From contig JBAYIK010000004.1 of NCBI GenBank assembly GCA_041665625.1, positions 26,503-90,502 on the forward strand: a stretch of DNA of 64,000 nt, written 5' to 3'. The stretch comes from Minisyncoccota bacterium. GTDB taxonomy: Bacteria > Patescibacteriota > Minisyncoccia > Phycocordibacterales > XYD1-FULL-46-19. This document shows positions 36,743 through 44,077 of the stretch, one piece after another (position 1 is the first letter of the stretch; every line of letters starts with the position of its first letter). The notes under the pieces were generated by a model that did not search any database, had not been told where the DNA came from, and worked only from the letters and a program-made list of their open reading frames with translations. The position numbers were made by a program, and so were the translations under genes.

Positions 36743-37171
36743 TCACTCCTTCCACCGGAAGGTGGGCCTATCACTAGGCAGTTCGTATTCGGGGTGCAAT
36801 TCCTGAAATTCTTGGAATTGATAGATATAACACCCCGGAGCCATCCCGGGAATGTCATCGGGTCCAAAAGACCCTTTCTGTTTCGCCCCGGTTGTGGAGA
36901 ACTGGAGAACGAGCTTGGCGTGATCTTCTTGGAGTTCGATGTCCAAGAATTTCTCCCAGTTGACGTGGGAACAGTCGCAGGGAACAACGACACAATTATA
37001 CGTGTGCAGCTCCCGGCAATATTCCTCGCCCAAATGGTTTCCCCATTGCTCTCTCCAATTGTCCATTAGCAACAAATGGGAGTGCCCAGCCAAGCAGATC
37101 TCCACCATCTCCACGCCGCCGTTTGAACACGCGCCACTTCTGTCCCACTGCACGACTTGGGCCTTCATGAT
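36743..37171 (-). CDS. Hypothetical Cys/His-rich protein: cargo ORF c.
   Basis: The start was set at MKAQ, which has an AAAGGAG ribosome-binding site 7 nt upstream. An A9 tract lies just 5' of the ribosome-binding site. Confidence 0.45.
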   Translation of the reverse strand: MMKAQVVQWDRSGACSNGGVEMVEICLAGHSHLLLMDNWREQWGNHLGEEYCRELHTYNCVVVPCDCSHVNWEKFLDIELQEDHAKLVLQFSTTGAKQKGSFGPDDIPGMAPGCYIYQFQEFQELHPEYELPSDRPTFRWKE

Positions 37172-37584
37172 GTTTCTCCTTTTTTTTTGCGATATAAAGA
37201 ACAACTCCCCTGTGAAAGTACGACACATGTCGCGCTCTCAATAAGGGAGTCGATTTTTTTAGGATCGACTCAAAAACTTGCGATTGATTGCCCTACCTGA
37301 CGAGCAACCTGGCGTCCCTTGGGTGTCCCGCACTCTCCCGGACCCATGTTCTGGGAAGGAGTCCTTTCGGAGGAAACGTGCAACCATCTCTTTGTTTGTT
37401 ACGGGTTGTTGTGCTGCCGTATCAGAGGAGATTGGCTGTCCAGTCAGAGAGGGTGCTAGCAGCCCTCGTGGACAAGACGGCGGGGTTAAGGAATTAGCCA
37501 TTCACTTTATTATCGACAGCTTTTGTGGCATATCGACGCGGGTGACTTACCGTGACCTCACGTGCTATGGGGATCGCCTACTCC

Positions 37585-37629
37585 CTGCACCGATTTATTT
37601 TCCAAAACTGAAAGACAAATCGGTGCAGG
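37585..37629 (-). promoter_or_regulatory. Conserved 12-bp-stem hairpin accompanying HHR2.
   Basis: CTGCACCGATTT, a 21-nt loop, then AAATCGGTGCAG. Confidence 0.5.
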
Positions 37630-37654
37630 CAATCGCTTTAATTTAAAGAACAAT

Positions 37655-37709
37655 CCGTTTTCGTCATTTCTGACTCATCAGTCGAGACACACATCTCGAG
37701 AACGACGCC
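37655..37709 (-). ncRNA. Hammerhead ribozyme, type III (HHR2).
   Basis: The minus strand reads GGCGUCGUUC^UCGAGA-UGUGUG-UCUCGA CUGAUGAG UCA-GAAA-UGA C GAAA ACGG. Stem II covaries relative to HHR1. Confidence 0.75.
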
Positions 37710-37741
37710 AATTTTATCCAGATTGGCAAACTGGGCCACGG

Positions 37742-38134
37742 TTACCCGGTGCCGAACACTCGAACACTAATGCGCTCGCGTTCGGTCTCTGTTCCGTGGG
37801 CCACCCCAAGCAGGAAGACCTGCGTGAGAAGGCGTTCGAGGGCTGCACCAGCGCTTTCATCGTCAGCACTGGCGGTGCGGGCAACGGCGGCGACCAAGTC
37901 TTCGCCGGGGTTGTAATCCCTTTCCACTTTGCCGAACGCCGGCTCGTGGCACAGGATAACTTCCCCGTCGGTTTCCTTGGCGTACTCTTCACGGCTTACA
38001 CCGATCAAGTACAGGCCAACCTTGCTGTCGACCTGGGACGCAAGAACGTACAACATATCTCCCCCTTTCTTGGTGGTTTGTTGTGTCTGGCTTGCCCGAT
38101 TCATCGGCACGTCATTGTTCGGCAACATCCCCAT
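37742..38134 (-). CDS. Hypothetical protein: cargo ORF b.
   Basis: 130-aa ORF. Its stop lies about 40 nt upstream of the HHR2 cleavage site. Confidence 0.45.
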   Translation of the reverse strand: MGMLPNNDVPMNRASQTQQTTKKGGDMLYVLASQVDSKVGLYLIGVSREEYAKETDGEVILCHEPAFGKVERDYNPGEDLVAAVARTASADDESAGAALERLLTQVFLLGVAHGTETERERISVRVFGTG

Positions 38135-38640
38135 GACCTATCCCCCCCCTCTTTGTTTGTAAAGATCAAACTCCTCAGGAAACACGAGACTATCTCACAT
38201 TCCCATTAAGAGGGCCGAGTCAGGAGGACTCGGCCGAGATGAGAACCAACCATTATTTTTCTTCTGGGTTGGCCAGACTTTGTCGACAGTGTAGGCTATT
38301 CTCTTTTTACCTACCGTCCCAGGAGAGTCCTTGCCGAAGGGATAATGCATGGCCAACTCGTCGCCCTCTGATTTTTATTTCTCCCGATTATTAAATCAGA
38401 TGGGTTGTGCAGTGAGAGGTATCTCTCGGGCTCGTCAGACCCATTCAGCCCTCCTTGACGGAGAAGGGTTGTCCTTCCTGTTGGGTGCTCCCAACATTTT
38501 GGAAGTTAGAGTTTGGGGACTTACCGACACAGAGCGGATCGTGGCCTTTTGGCGACGATAAAACCGCTGGCGGACTTACTCCCTCCACCGGGTAGACCTC
38601 AGCCTACCCCAGAGTAGGTTGCTCGGGTACCTGCACGCAC

Positions 38641-38686
38641 CTGCAACGATTTATTTTTGATGTTAATCAAACGCAAATCGTTGCAG
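38641..38686 (-). promoter_or_regulatory. Conserved 12-bp-stem hairpin accompanying HHR3.
   Basis: CTGCAACGATTT, a 22-nt loop, then AAATCGTTGCAG. The C-to-A and G-to-T changes relative to the copy at 37585 preserve pairing. Confidence 0.5.
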
Positions 38687-38702
38687 GCGCAAATTCAAGG
38701 AT

Positions 38703-38757
38703 CAAACTGTTTCGTCCTTCCGGACTCATCAGGGAGAGAAGATACCCTCCGACAGTT
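38703..38757 (-). ncRNA. Hammerhead ribozyme, type III (HHR3).
   Basis: The minus strand reads AACUGUC^GGAGGG-UAUCUU-CUCUCC CUGAUGAG UCC-GGAA-GGA C GAAAC AGUU. This is a textbook minimal-plus-loops hammerhead. Confidence 0.8.
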
Positions 38758-38786
38758 ACCGGAAGGGGTTGAACCTTCCGGCTGGA

Positions 38787-38936
38787 CTACCTCGCGCTCC
38801 CTACTGGGTTGACGAGAATCCGTTTTTCGAACACCTGTTGGGATGGGTCAACAGAACCCTTGGGCCGGCCAGCCCAGGTAAATCCGGCCTTGCGCAACAT
38901 TTGGGTTGCGACTTTCTCCGCTTCCTTCTGGCTCAT
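38787..38936 (-). CDS. Small ORF a of 49 aa, the first gene of the hammerhead array.
   Basis: GGAG sequence 8 nt upstream of the ATG. Translation is MSQKEAEKVATQMLRKAGFTWAGRPKGSVDPSQQVFEKRILVNPVGSAR. Below the 60-aa threshold of the ORF track. Confidence 0.3.
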   Translation of the reverse strand: MSQKEAEKVATQMLRKAGFTWAGRPKGSVDPSQQVFEKRILVNPVGSAR

Positions 38937-39070
38937 GGATAATTCTCCTTTGGGCTGTGCCCGGTTTGGAATCCATTCCCTTCTGAGCCGCCAGACTGTA
39001 TTACTTGCTGGCTAGCTCGGAAGGAAACAGATTCACTTACCTTTCCCCTCTTTCAAGGTATCTGCTAGGC

Positions 39071-39098
39071 ATTATACTCAGAATCAGAAGTTTGTCAA
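39071..39098 (-). promoter_or_regulatory. Consensus sigma70-like promoter (TTGACA-16-TATAAT) driving the hammerhead-punctuated operon.
   Basis: The minus strand reads TTGACA (39098-39093), 16 nt, then TATAAT (39076-39071). Confidence 0.5.
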
Positions 39099-39370
39099 GT
39101 GCTTTTGACATAAAAACAAAAGTCATCACTTCGTACCCACAAAATATGGCTATAAATAAGAATATTTAGACATCATGATTTTGATAAAGTATAATGACAT
39201 TACTTAAAAACAAGTTTGTCAAAACAATTTTTATTTAAATTTTGTTTAAAATTTTTGACGCATGTCTTTTCTAAAAATATTTGAGAAGAACACAAAACTC
39301 TTATTTTTCAACAAATCTTTGCCAAAATAACAAAAATATGGCCTAAAATAAGCCATTTTGTTGAAACTAC

Positions 39371-39399
39371 TTGACAAACTCTTGCGGTCTGCTATACTT
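39371..39399 (+). promoter_or_regulatory. Consensus-like promoter TTGACA-17-TATACT.
   Basis: TTGACA at 39371-39376 and TATACT at 39394-39399. Confidence 0.5.
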
Positions 39400-39406
39400 A
39401 CACCGT

Positions 39407-39770
39407 ATGTTCTTTTGACTTTATCGTTCCCAACCAGAAGGAGGGTTTGCCATGACTGACTAGGTCGGCGCTTGAGCGTCGCCAGCTAGCCCTATCATGG
39501 CGGCTAGCTGGCGATGTTCTAGGCCCAAAGCTAGTCAAAACCTGAATTCCTGGGGCGTAACGTAAAGTGAGTCTGGAGAGTGTTTTTGCCCAAACCAAAG
39601 GAGGATCCTGAAATGGGCGACTAGGGCCGGACAGAGACCATGATTGGTCGAGATTGATCGAGGGTAACCTGGGGATACATTCCCCACGCTGCCAATTGGT
39701 AGCAGAAGAGCAAGCAAAAGGGGCCTAGCGCAGTCGTTACGACGACAAGCGGAGGCCCCAATCTTTTTTC
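39407..39770 (+). ncRNA. Candidate structured non-coding RNA of about 360 nt. Unassigned family.
   Basis: No plus-strand ORF. GC-rich relative to its flanks. A perfect 11-bp hairpin (GCCAGCTAGCC pairing with GGCTAGCTGGC) and several other stems. Ends with GGGGCCU...AGGCCCC followed by UCUUUUUU. Confidence 0.4.
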
Positions 39771-39775
39771 TCAAA

Positions 39776-40522
39776 TTATTTCTTTAGTTTATCAAAAGCT
39801 AAGCTAAAAAGGCTTCTCATCGTGTCAGCAAAGTCTTTGTTTGTTATAGAGATTGCCCCAATCTTCTTCCCCAGGATATTTATTTTTACTTTATTCTTGT
39901 AAATGGCAATGTCACAACTTAGGGGATATTTATCTTGTTCGATTTTTATTCTTTCACTTGTATTGTCACTTGGGCGGCTAGTTTTTTCTGAGGTATATAA
40001 GACTTTATTTTTTACATTTTTACCTAATCTTATTTCCCTTAGCTGGGTTAATTCTTTTTCTGTAAATGTTTCGTCAATGAGGTCTTTGGGATAAATTAAA
40101 TAAGAAATCCCCTCTTTGTCTTCAGAACTAAAGAAGTCCTGCATTGAGCTTATTATTCCTTCTCTTCCTTCAAAGTATTTTACTACCGGTCTCTCCCCGC
40201 TCTCGCGTTGGATGCTCTTGAGTTGAGGGATAATGTCAGTTAGACGTTTGGAATTCTCTTCTAAGACAACCTTCTGGCGCTCGATAAAAGATTCTAATCT
40301 CTCTGGCGGCTCGGCTTGGTAATGAGTTTTTTTATCGACTTGAATTTCACTCACTAAGCCCTTCTTGGCCAGTGTTTCTAACACTGGGTAAATGGTCGTG
40401 CGGTTTACCTTTGTTTTGTTGGCTAATTCAACGACTGAGGCGCTGTCATATTGCAAGAGAGCCACATAAACTTCGGCTTCTTTATTTGATAATCCAATTT
40501 GCTCTAAGTATTTTTCAAACAT
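39776..40522 (-). CDS. TrmB-family HTH transcriptional regulator.
   Basis: N-terminus LSNKEAEVYVALLQYDSASVVELANKTKVNRTTIYPVLETLAKKGLV, a winged-helix motif of the TrmB type. Confidence 0.7.
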   Translation of the reverse strand: MFEKYLEQIGLSNKEAEVYVALLQYDSASVVELANKTKVNRTTIYPVLETLAKKGLVSEIQVDKKTHYQAEPPERLESFIERQKVVLEENSKRLTDIIPQLKSIQRESGERPVVKYFEGREGIISSMQDFFSSEDKEGISYLIYPKDLIDETFTEKELTQLREIRLGKNVKNKVLYTSEKTSRPSDNTSERIKIEQDKYPLSCDIAIYKNKVKINILGKKIGAISITNKDFADTMRSLFSLAFDKLKK

Positions 40523-40642
40523 AGTTAGATTATATCACATCTGTCAATTTGTTTTAACAAACTTTTCCTTGCCAGACCCCAAGAGGTCCCGAGGTCCGGC
40601 GGATGTCGCAAAATATTTTGGGAATCTGATATAATTATATCG

Positions 40643-41623
40643 ATGGCCGATTTAAATAGACTTAAACAAGAATTCTTGGAGTATCTCGAGATTGAGAAGG
40701 GGCGCTCGCTTAAGACGGTAGAGAATTATGATCGCTATTTGATAAGATTTTTTACTCAATCTGAGGCCAAATCCCCTTCTGACATAACTGATGACGCTGT
40801 TCGGCAATATCGTTTATGGCTTAATCGGCAATCTTCTTTTAACCATACTTCTTCTAACAAAGACGGCCGAATTTCTCGTGCCGGGAGCAAGAATAGCAAT
40901 GATAATCTCAAGAAGAACACTCAGAACTATCACTTAATTGCTCTTAGGGTTTTTCTTAAATACCTTGCTCGTCGCTCTGTCCCCTCTTTGCCCCCAGAGA
41001 AGATAGAGCTCGCCAAGACGGCTGGTCGTGATCTCGACTTGATTACTGACATTGAACTCAAGAGGCTAATAGATATGCCCAATAAGGAGAAAATTGGCAC
41101 GGGCAAGAATGATCAGGTAAAAATATTGCGGGATAAGGCGATGCTTGAACTCTTTTTTTCTACTGGTTTGCGTGTCTCAGAACTTTGTTCTCTTGACCGC
41201 GATACTATAAATTTAGCCCGTGACGAGTTCTCTATCAGGGGTAAAGGAGAGAAAGTTCGTTTAGTCTTCCTCTCCGACAAAGCCCGTGATGCGATCAAAG
41301 AGTATTTAGCTAAGCGCAAAGATATGGATGAGGCTTTGTTTACAAGTCTGTCCGAAATTAATAAAACCAAGGGAAGTGACAGGCTCACTTCGAGGAGTGT
41401 CGAGAGAATAATTAAGAAATACGCTATTAAGGCGGGTATTACCAAGAAGGTAACTCCCCACACTCTTCGTCACTCCTTTGCCACTGATCTCTTGCAGAAT
41501 GGGGCAGATATTCGCTCTGTCCAGATGATGTTGGGGCACTCAAGCGTCTCGACGACCCAGATCTATACTCACGTGACAGATAAACATCTTAGAGATATAC
41601 ATAAGAAATTTCATACTAATTAG
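40643..41623 (+). CDS. xerC: XerC/XerD-family tyrosine site-specific recombinase.
   Basis: C-terminal HTLRHSFAT...LGHSSVSTTQIYTHV (R-H-R-Y catalytic motif region). Spacing matches XerC, with no IntI-specific insert. Confidence 0.85.
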   Translation: MADLNRLKQEFLEYLEIEKGRSLKTVENYDRYLIRFFTQSEAKSPSDITDDAVRQYRLWLNRQSSFNHTSSNKDGRISRAGSKNSNDNLKKNTQNYHLIALRVFLKYLARRSVPSLPPEKIELAKTAGRDLDLITDIELKRLIDMPNKEKIGTGKNDQVKILRDKAMLELFFSTGLRVSELCSLDRDTINLARDEFSIRGKGEKVRLVFLSDKARDAIKEYLAKRKDMDEALFTSLSEINKTKGSDRLTSRSVERIIKKYAIKAGITKKVTPHTLRHSFATDLLQNGADIRSVQMMLGHSSVSTTQIYTHVTDKHLRDIHKKFHTN

Positions 41624-42037
41624 TTATGGCCATAAAATAAAATAGGTTATCCACAGTTTTATGTCCTTTAGTCCTTGTTGCTATTGTCCGATAGTTTTAT
41701 ACTTATATCGGACGTGATTTGTTCATTGATAGGTTCAGTCCCCTCTTCTCCTTTTTATCGGTCATCCTCTTAAGGATTTGGCCCGTTAAGTTATTTTGAG
41801 AAGTGGTGTCAAGTAGAGTTTCTCGGCACAAAGTAAAGGCGTTTTAGTTTGGAGGTGCAAACTCACTTTTAGATTAGGTTAATGGTTGGGACTGTGAAGT
41901 TCCCAATGTGCAAGTTCTCCAGAGTCTTCATAAAACCTGGAATCATCTGTGGTGTAGAAATAATCTTGCCGCATAACTCATTATTTTAAGGCCGCTGACC
42001 CCGCGAGGGGCAGTGGTTCTTAGTTTGTCTAATGAAT

Positions 42038-43522
42038 TTATTTAACGCGGTACTTAGCTCTAATTTTCTTAAGCTCTTCTTGCTCTACTTCTTCTTTTTT
42101 ATCCTTTCCTTTCTCGGCGAGCTCTTTTAGCTCAATTTCAGACAATTTTACCAGTTCTTTAACCCGTTTCACGAGAAACTCTTCATTGTTTATGTCGGGG
42201 TTTTCTAGGGCTTCTTCTAATAAAGCGTTCAAAATATAGCCAATTTTAGGTCCCGGCGTTTCATGTGTAACAGCCATAACCTGTTTCCCATCAATCTTAA
42301 GCATCCCGACAGAGGTTGGAGCTCGGAGAGCCTCTTCAATCATAGACTCATATTTTCTCAGTCTATAAGGTTCTTCTTTGGGGCGGCCCATTCCAATACG
42401 GTCACAAATACGGAGATTCATGAGATCCCAGATATGTTCTGGTCCAACATTGACGATGACTCGCCTAACGGCCGAGAGGGTTATTTTATCGGGGTCAGCA
42501 AAGAACATGTGGTTTCTCACCATATTTACCACCAGATCGGCCAATTTGTTGGGAAATTTGAGCCTAGCCATAATGGTTATGACCATTCTCTCCCCTACCA
42601 CCTCATGCCCGTAGAATGTGTACTCCTTACCCTTGAGGCCTTTGCGCCTTGTTTTAGGTTTGCCAATATCGTGGAACAGGGCGGCCAGTTTCACATGTAA
42701 CGGGTAGCCCTTATCAGCGGCATGCTGTAAGGCTCTTATTGTATGGTCCCAAACGTCATAAATATGCTCCCCTTTCTGCTCTACTCCAATCCCCGCCTCT
42801 ATTTCTGGCAAGATGTGATGAAGTAGTCCTACTTGATGGCAAATGGTCAGGCCGGCCATCGGTTCTGGAGAATCAATAACCTTCACCAATTCATCTCTAA
42901 TCCTCTCCGCTGAGATTTCTTTAATAAGGGCATTATTCTTCGAAATGCTGTCCAAAAGCTCCTTGTTACATGTGAAACGGAGCTCGGAGGCCAGCCTAAT
43001 GGCCCGGAGCATGCGTAGGGCGTCCTCAGAGAAGCGAATGTCGGCTTCCCCTACCGTTCGTATGAGATGAGCATCTATGTCCTTTATACCGCCATATAGG
43101 TCAATTAACTCCCCTGCCTCTGGGTCATAGGCCAGAGCATTGATAGTGAAGTCACGGCGAGAAAGGTCGTCTTCAAGTTTGTCGCTAAACTTTACTTCGT
43201 CGGGGTGACGTCGGTCAGAATAATTGGCTTCTGTGCGGAAAGGGGTGATCTCGACATTCCTGAGCTTCTCATTCTCTGTATCTTCGTTTACAACCGTAAC
43301 TGTACCAAACTTGTTCTCGTAGATGGTTTTGGTAAATAAGGGGATAATCTCTTCAGGTTTGGCGTTGGTTGTGATATCCCAATCCTTTGGCTCTCGGCCA
43401 ATGAGGCTGTCTCTCACGCATCCCCCGACTAAATATGCCAAGAAACCCTTATTTTGTAAGGTTTTGGTGATTTCGAGGATTTCACGTGGAACATTCAATT
43501 GTATCTTGACGGCATTAGTCAT
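42038..43522 (-). CDS. cca: CCA-adding tRNA nucleotidyltransferase with an HD domain.
   Basis: GGCVRDSLIGREPKDWDITT polymerase-beta motif, plus HD-domain histidines. Confidence 0.85.
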   Translation of the reverse strand: MTNAVKIQLNVPREILEITKTLQNKGFLAYLVGGCVRDSLIGREPKDWDITTNAKPEEIIPLFTKTIYENKFGTVTVVNEDTENEKLRNVEITPFRTEANYSDRRHPDEVKFSDKLEDDLSRRDFTINALAYDPEAGELIDLYGGIKDIDAHLIRTVGEADIRFSEDALRMLRAIRLASELRFTCNKELLDSISKNNALIKEISAERIRDELVKVIDSPEPMAGLTICHQVGLLHHILPEIEAGIGVEQKGEHIYDVWDHTIRALQHAADKGYPLHVKLAALFHDIGKPKTRRKGLKGKEYTFYGHEVVGERMVITIMARLKFPNKLADLVVNMVRNHMFFADPDKITLSAVRRVIVNVGPEHIWDLMNLRICDRIGMGRPKEEPYRLRKYESMIEEALRAPTSVGMLKIDGKQVMAVTHETPGPKIGYILNALLEEALENPDINNEEFLVKRVKELVKLSEIELKELAEKGKDKKEEVEQEELKKIRAKYRVK

Positions 43523-43585
43523 AGTGTTATTTTAGCTTAATTTTGCTAAATACTCAAAAAATAGGTAGAATTACTAAGTTCTTTT

Positions 43586-43658
43586 GCCCCGATAGTTCAA
43601 TGGATAGAACGACGGTCTTCGGAACCGTTGATGTGGGTTCGACTCCTGCTCGGGGCAC
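43586..43658 (+). tRNA. tRNA-Arg(UCG).
   Basis: Hand-folded cloverleaf. Acceptor stem GCCCCGA pairing with TCGGGGC. Anticodon loop CTTCGGA. The T-stem has two wobble pairs. Confidence 0.6.
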
Positions 43659-43668
43659 TAATCTTTGA

Positions 43669-43752
43669 GAGCATGTGGCGGAATTGGTATACGCGTACGC
43701 TTCAGAAGCGTATGGAGTGATCCTTGGGAGTTCGAGTCTCCCCATGCTCACC
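43669..43752 (+). tRNA. tRNA-Leu(CAG), with a long variable arm.
   Basis: Acceptor stem GAGCATG pairing with CATGCTC. The D-arm TGGCGGAATTGGTATACGC is Leu-like. Anticodon loop TTCAGAA. Confidence 0.7.
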
Positions 43753-43816
43753 TTCTGTGATTTGAACTTTTTGTATTTTTTTGTTATTATTCAAAAGCTA
43801 GTTAGAGGTGCTGCGA

Positions 43817-43849
43817 GCCACGTTAGAGGCTCTCAAGTCTCTAACGTGG
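43817..43849 (+). promoter_or_regulatory. Conserved 5' leader hairpin abutting tRNA-Gly(GCC).
   Basis: CCACGTTAGAG(GCT), a loop, then (AGT)CTCTAACGTGG. A paralogous copy lies upstream of tRNA-Gly(UCC) at 51059-51092. Confidence 0.5.
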
Positions 43850-43922
43850 CGAGTATGGTTTAGTGGTAGAACACGTCCTTGCCAAGGATGAGACGGGAGT
43901 CCGATTCTCCCTACTCGCACCC
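43849..43922 (+). tRNA. tRNA-Gly(GCC).
   Basis: Acceptor stem GCGAGTA pairing with TACTCGC. Anticodon loop TTGCCAA. T-loop TCCGATT. Confidence 0.75.
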
Positions 43923-43923
43923 A

Positions 43924-44077
43924 CGCCAATATTCTCATCGTCGCGAATGAATTCGCGACAGCTTTGCTGTAATGAGAATATTGGCGTGGGTGCTCGCACC
44001 CCTACCTATCCCCATCTCGACGAATATATTCATGACCTCTTTGCTGTAATGAGAATATTGGCGTGGGCGCTCGCACT
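43924..44077. repeat. Repeat cluster immediately 3' of tRNA-Gly. It contains a 13-bp perfect inverted repeat and a 38-bp direct repeat with one mismatch. The direct repeat contains a copy of the tRNA-Gly 3' end (CTCGCACCC).
   Basis: CCAATATTCTCAT pairs with ATGAGAATATTGG. The sequence CTTTGCTGTAATGAGAATATTGGCGTGGG(T/C)GCTCGCAC occurs at 43961 and at 44040. Confidence 0.6.

Noticed and set aside
39407-39770. Assigning the 360-nt RNA candidate to RNase P RNA or tmRNA.
   Set aside because: The conserved P4 motifs GGAAAGUCCGGGCU / ACAGAANCCGGCUUA could not be found by eye. Nor could the tmRNA 5' GGGG ... 3' tRNA-like CCA end or a tag ORF. A GGUAACCUGGGG...CCCCACG stretch weakly resembles an RNase P P8-P9 region, but it lies in the wrong part of the molecule. 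The element is left unassigned.
36111-41623. Interpretation of the hammerhead and hairpin array plus the adjacent tyrosine recombinase as a classical integron. The promoter, the co-oriented small cassettes and the divergent recombinase fit that layout.
   Set aside because: The recombinase has XerC-like spacing, and the IntI-specific insert is absent. The hairpins lack attC R/L core sequences (GTTRRRY). A TrmB gene and an ncRNA candidate sit where attI would be. This is kept only as an analogy.
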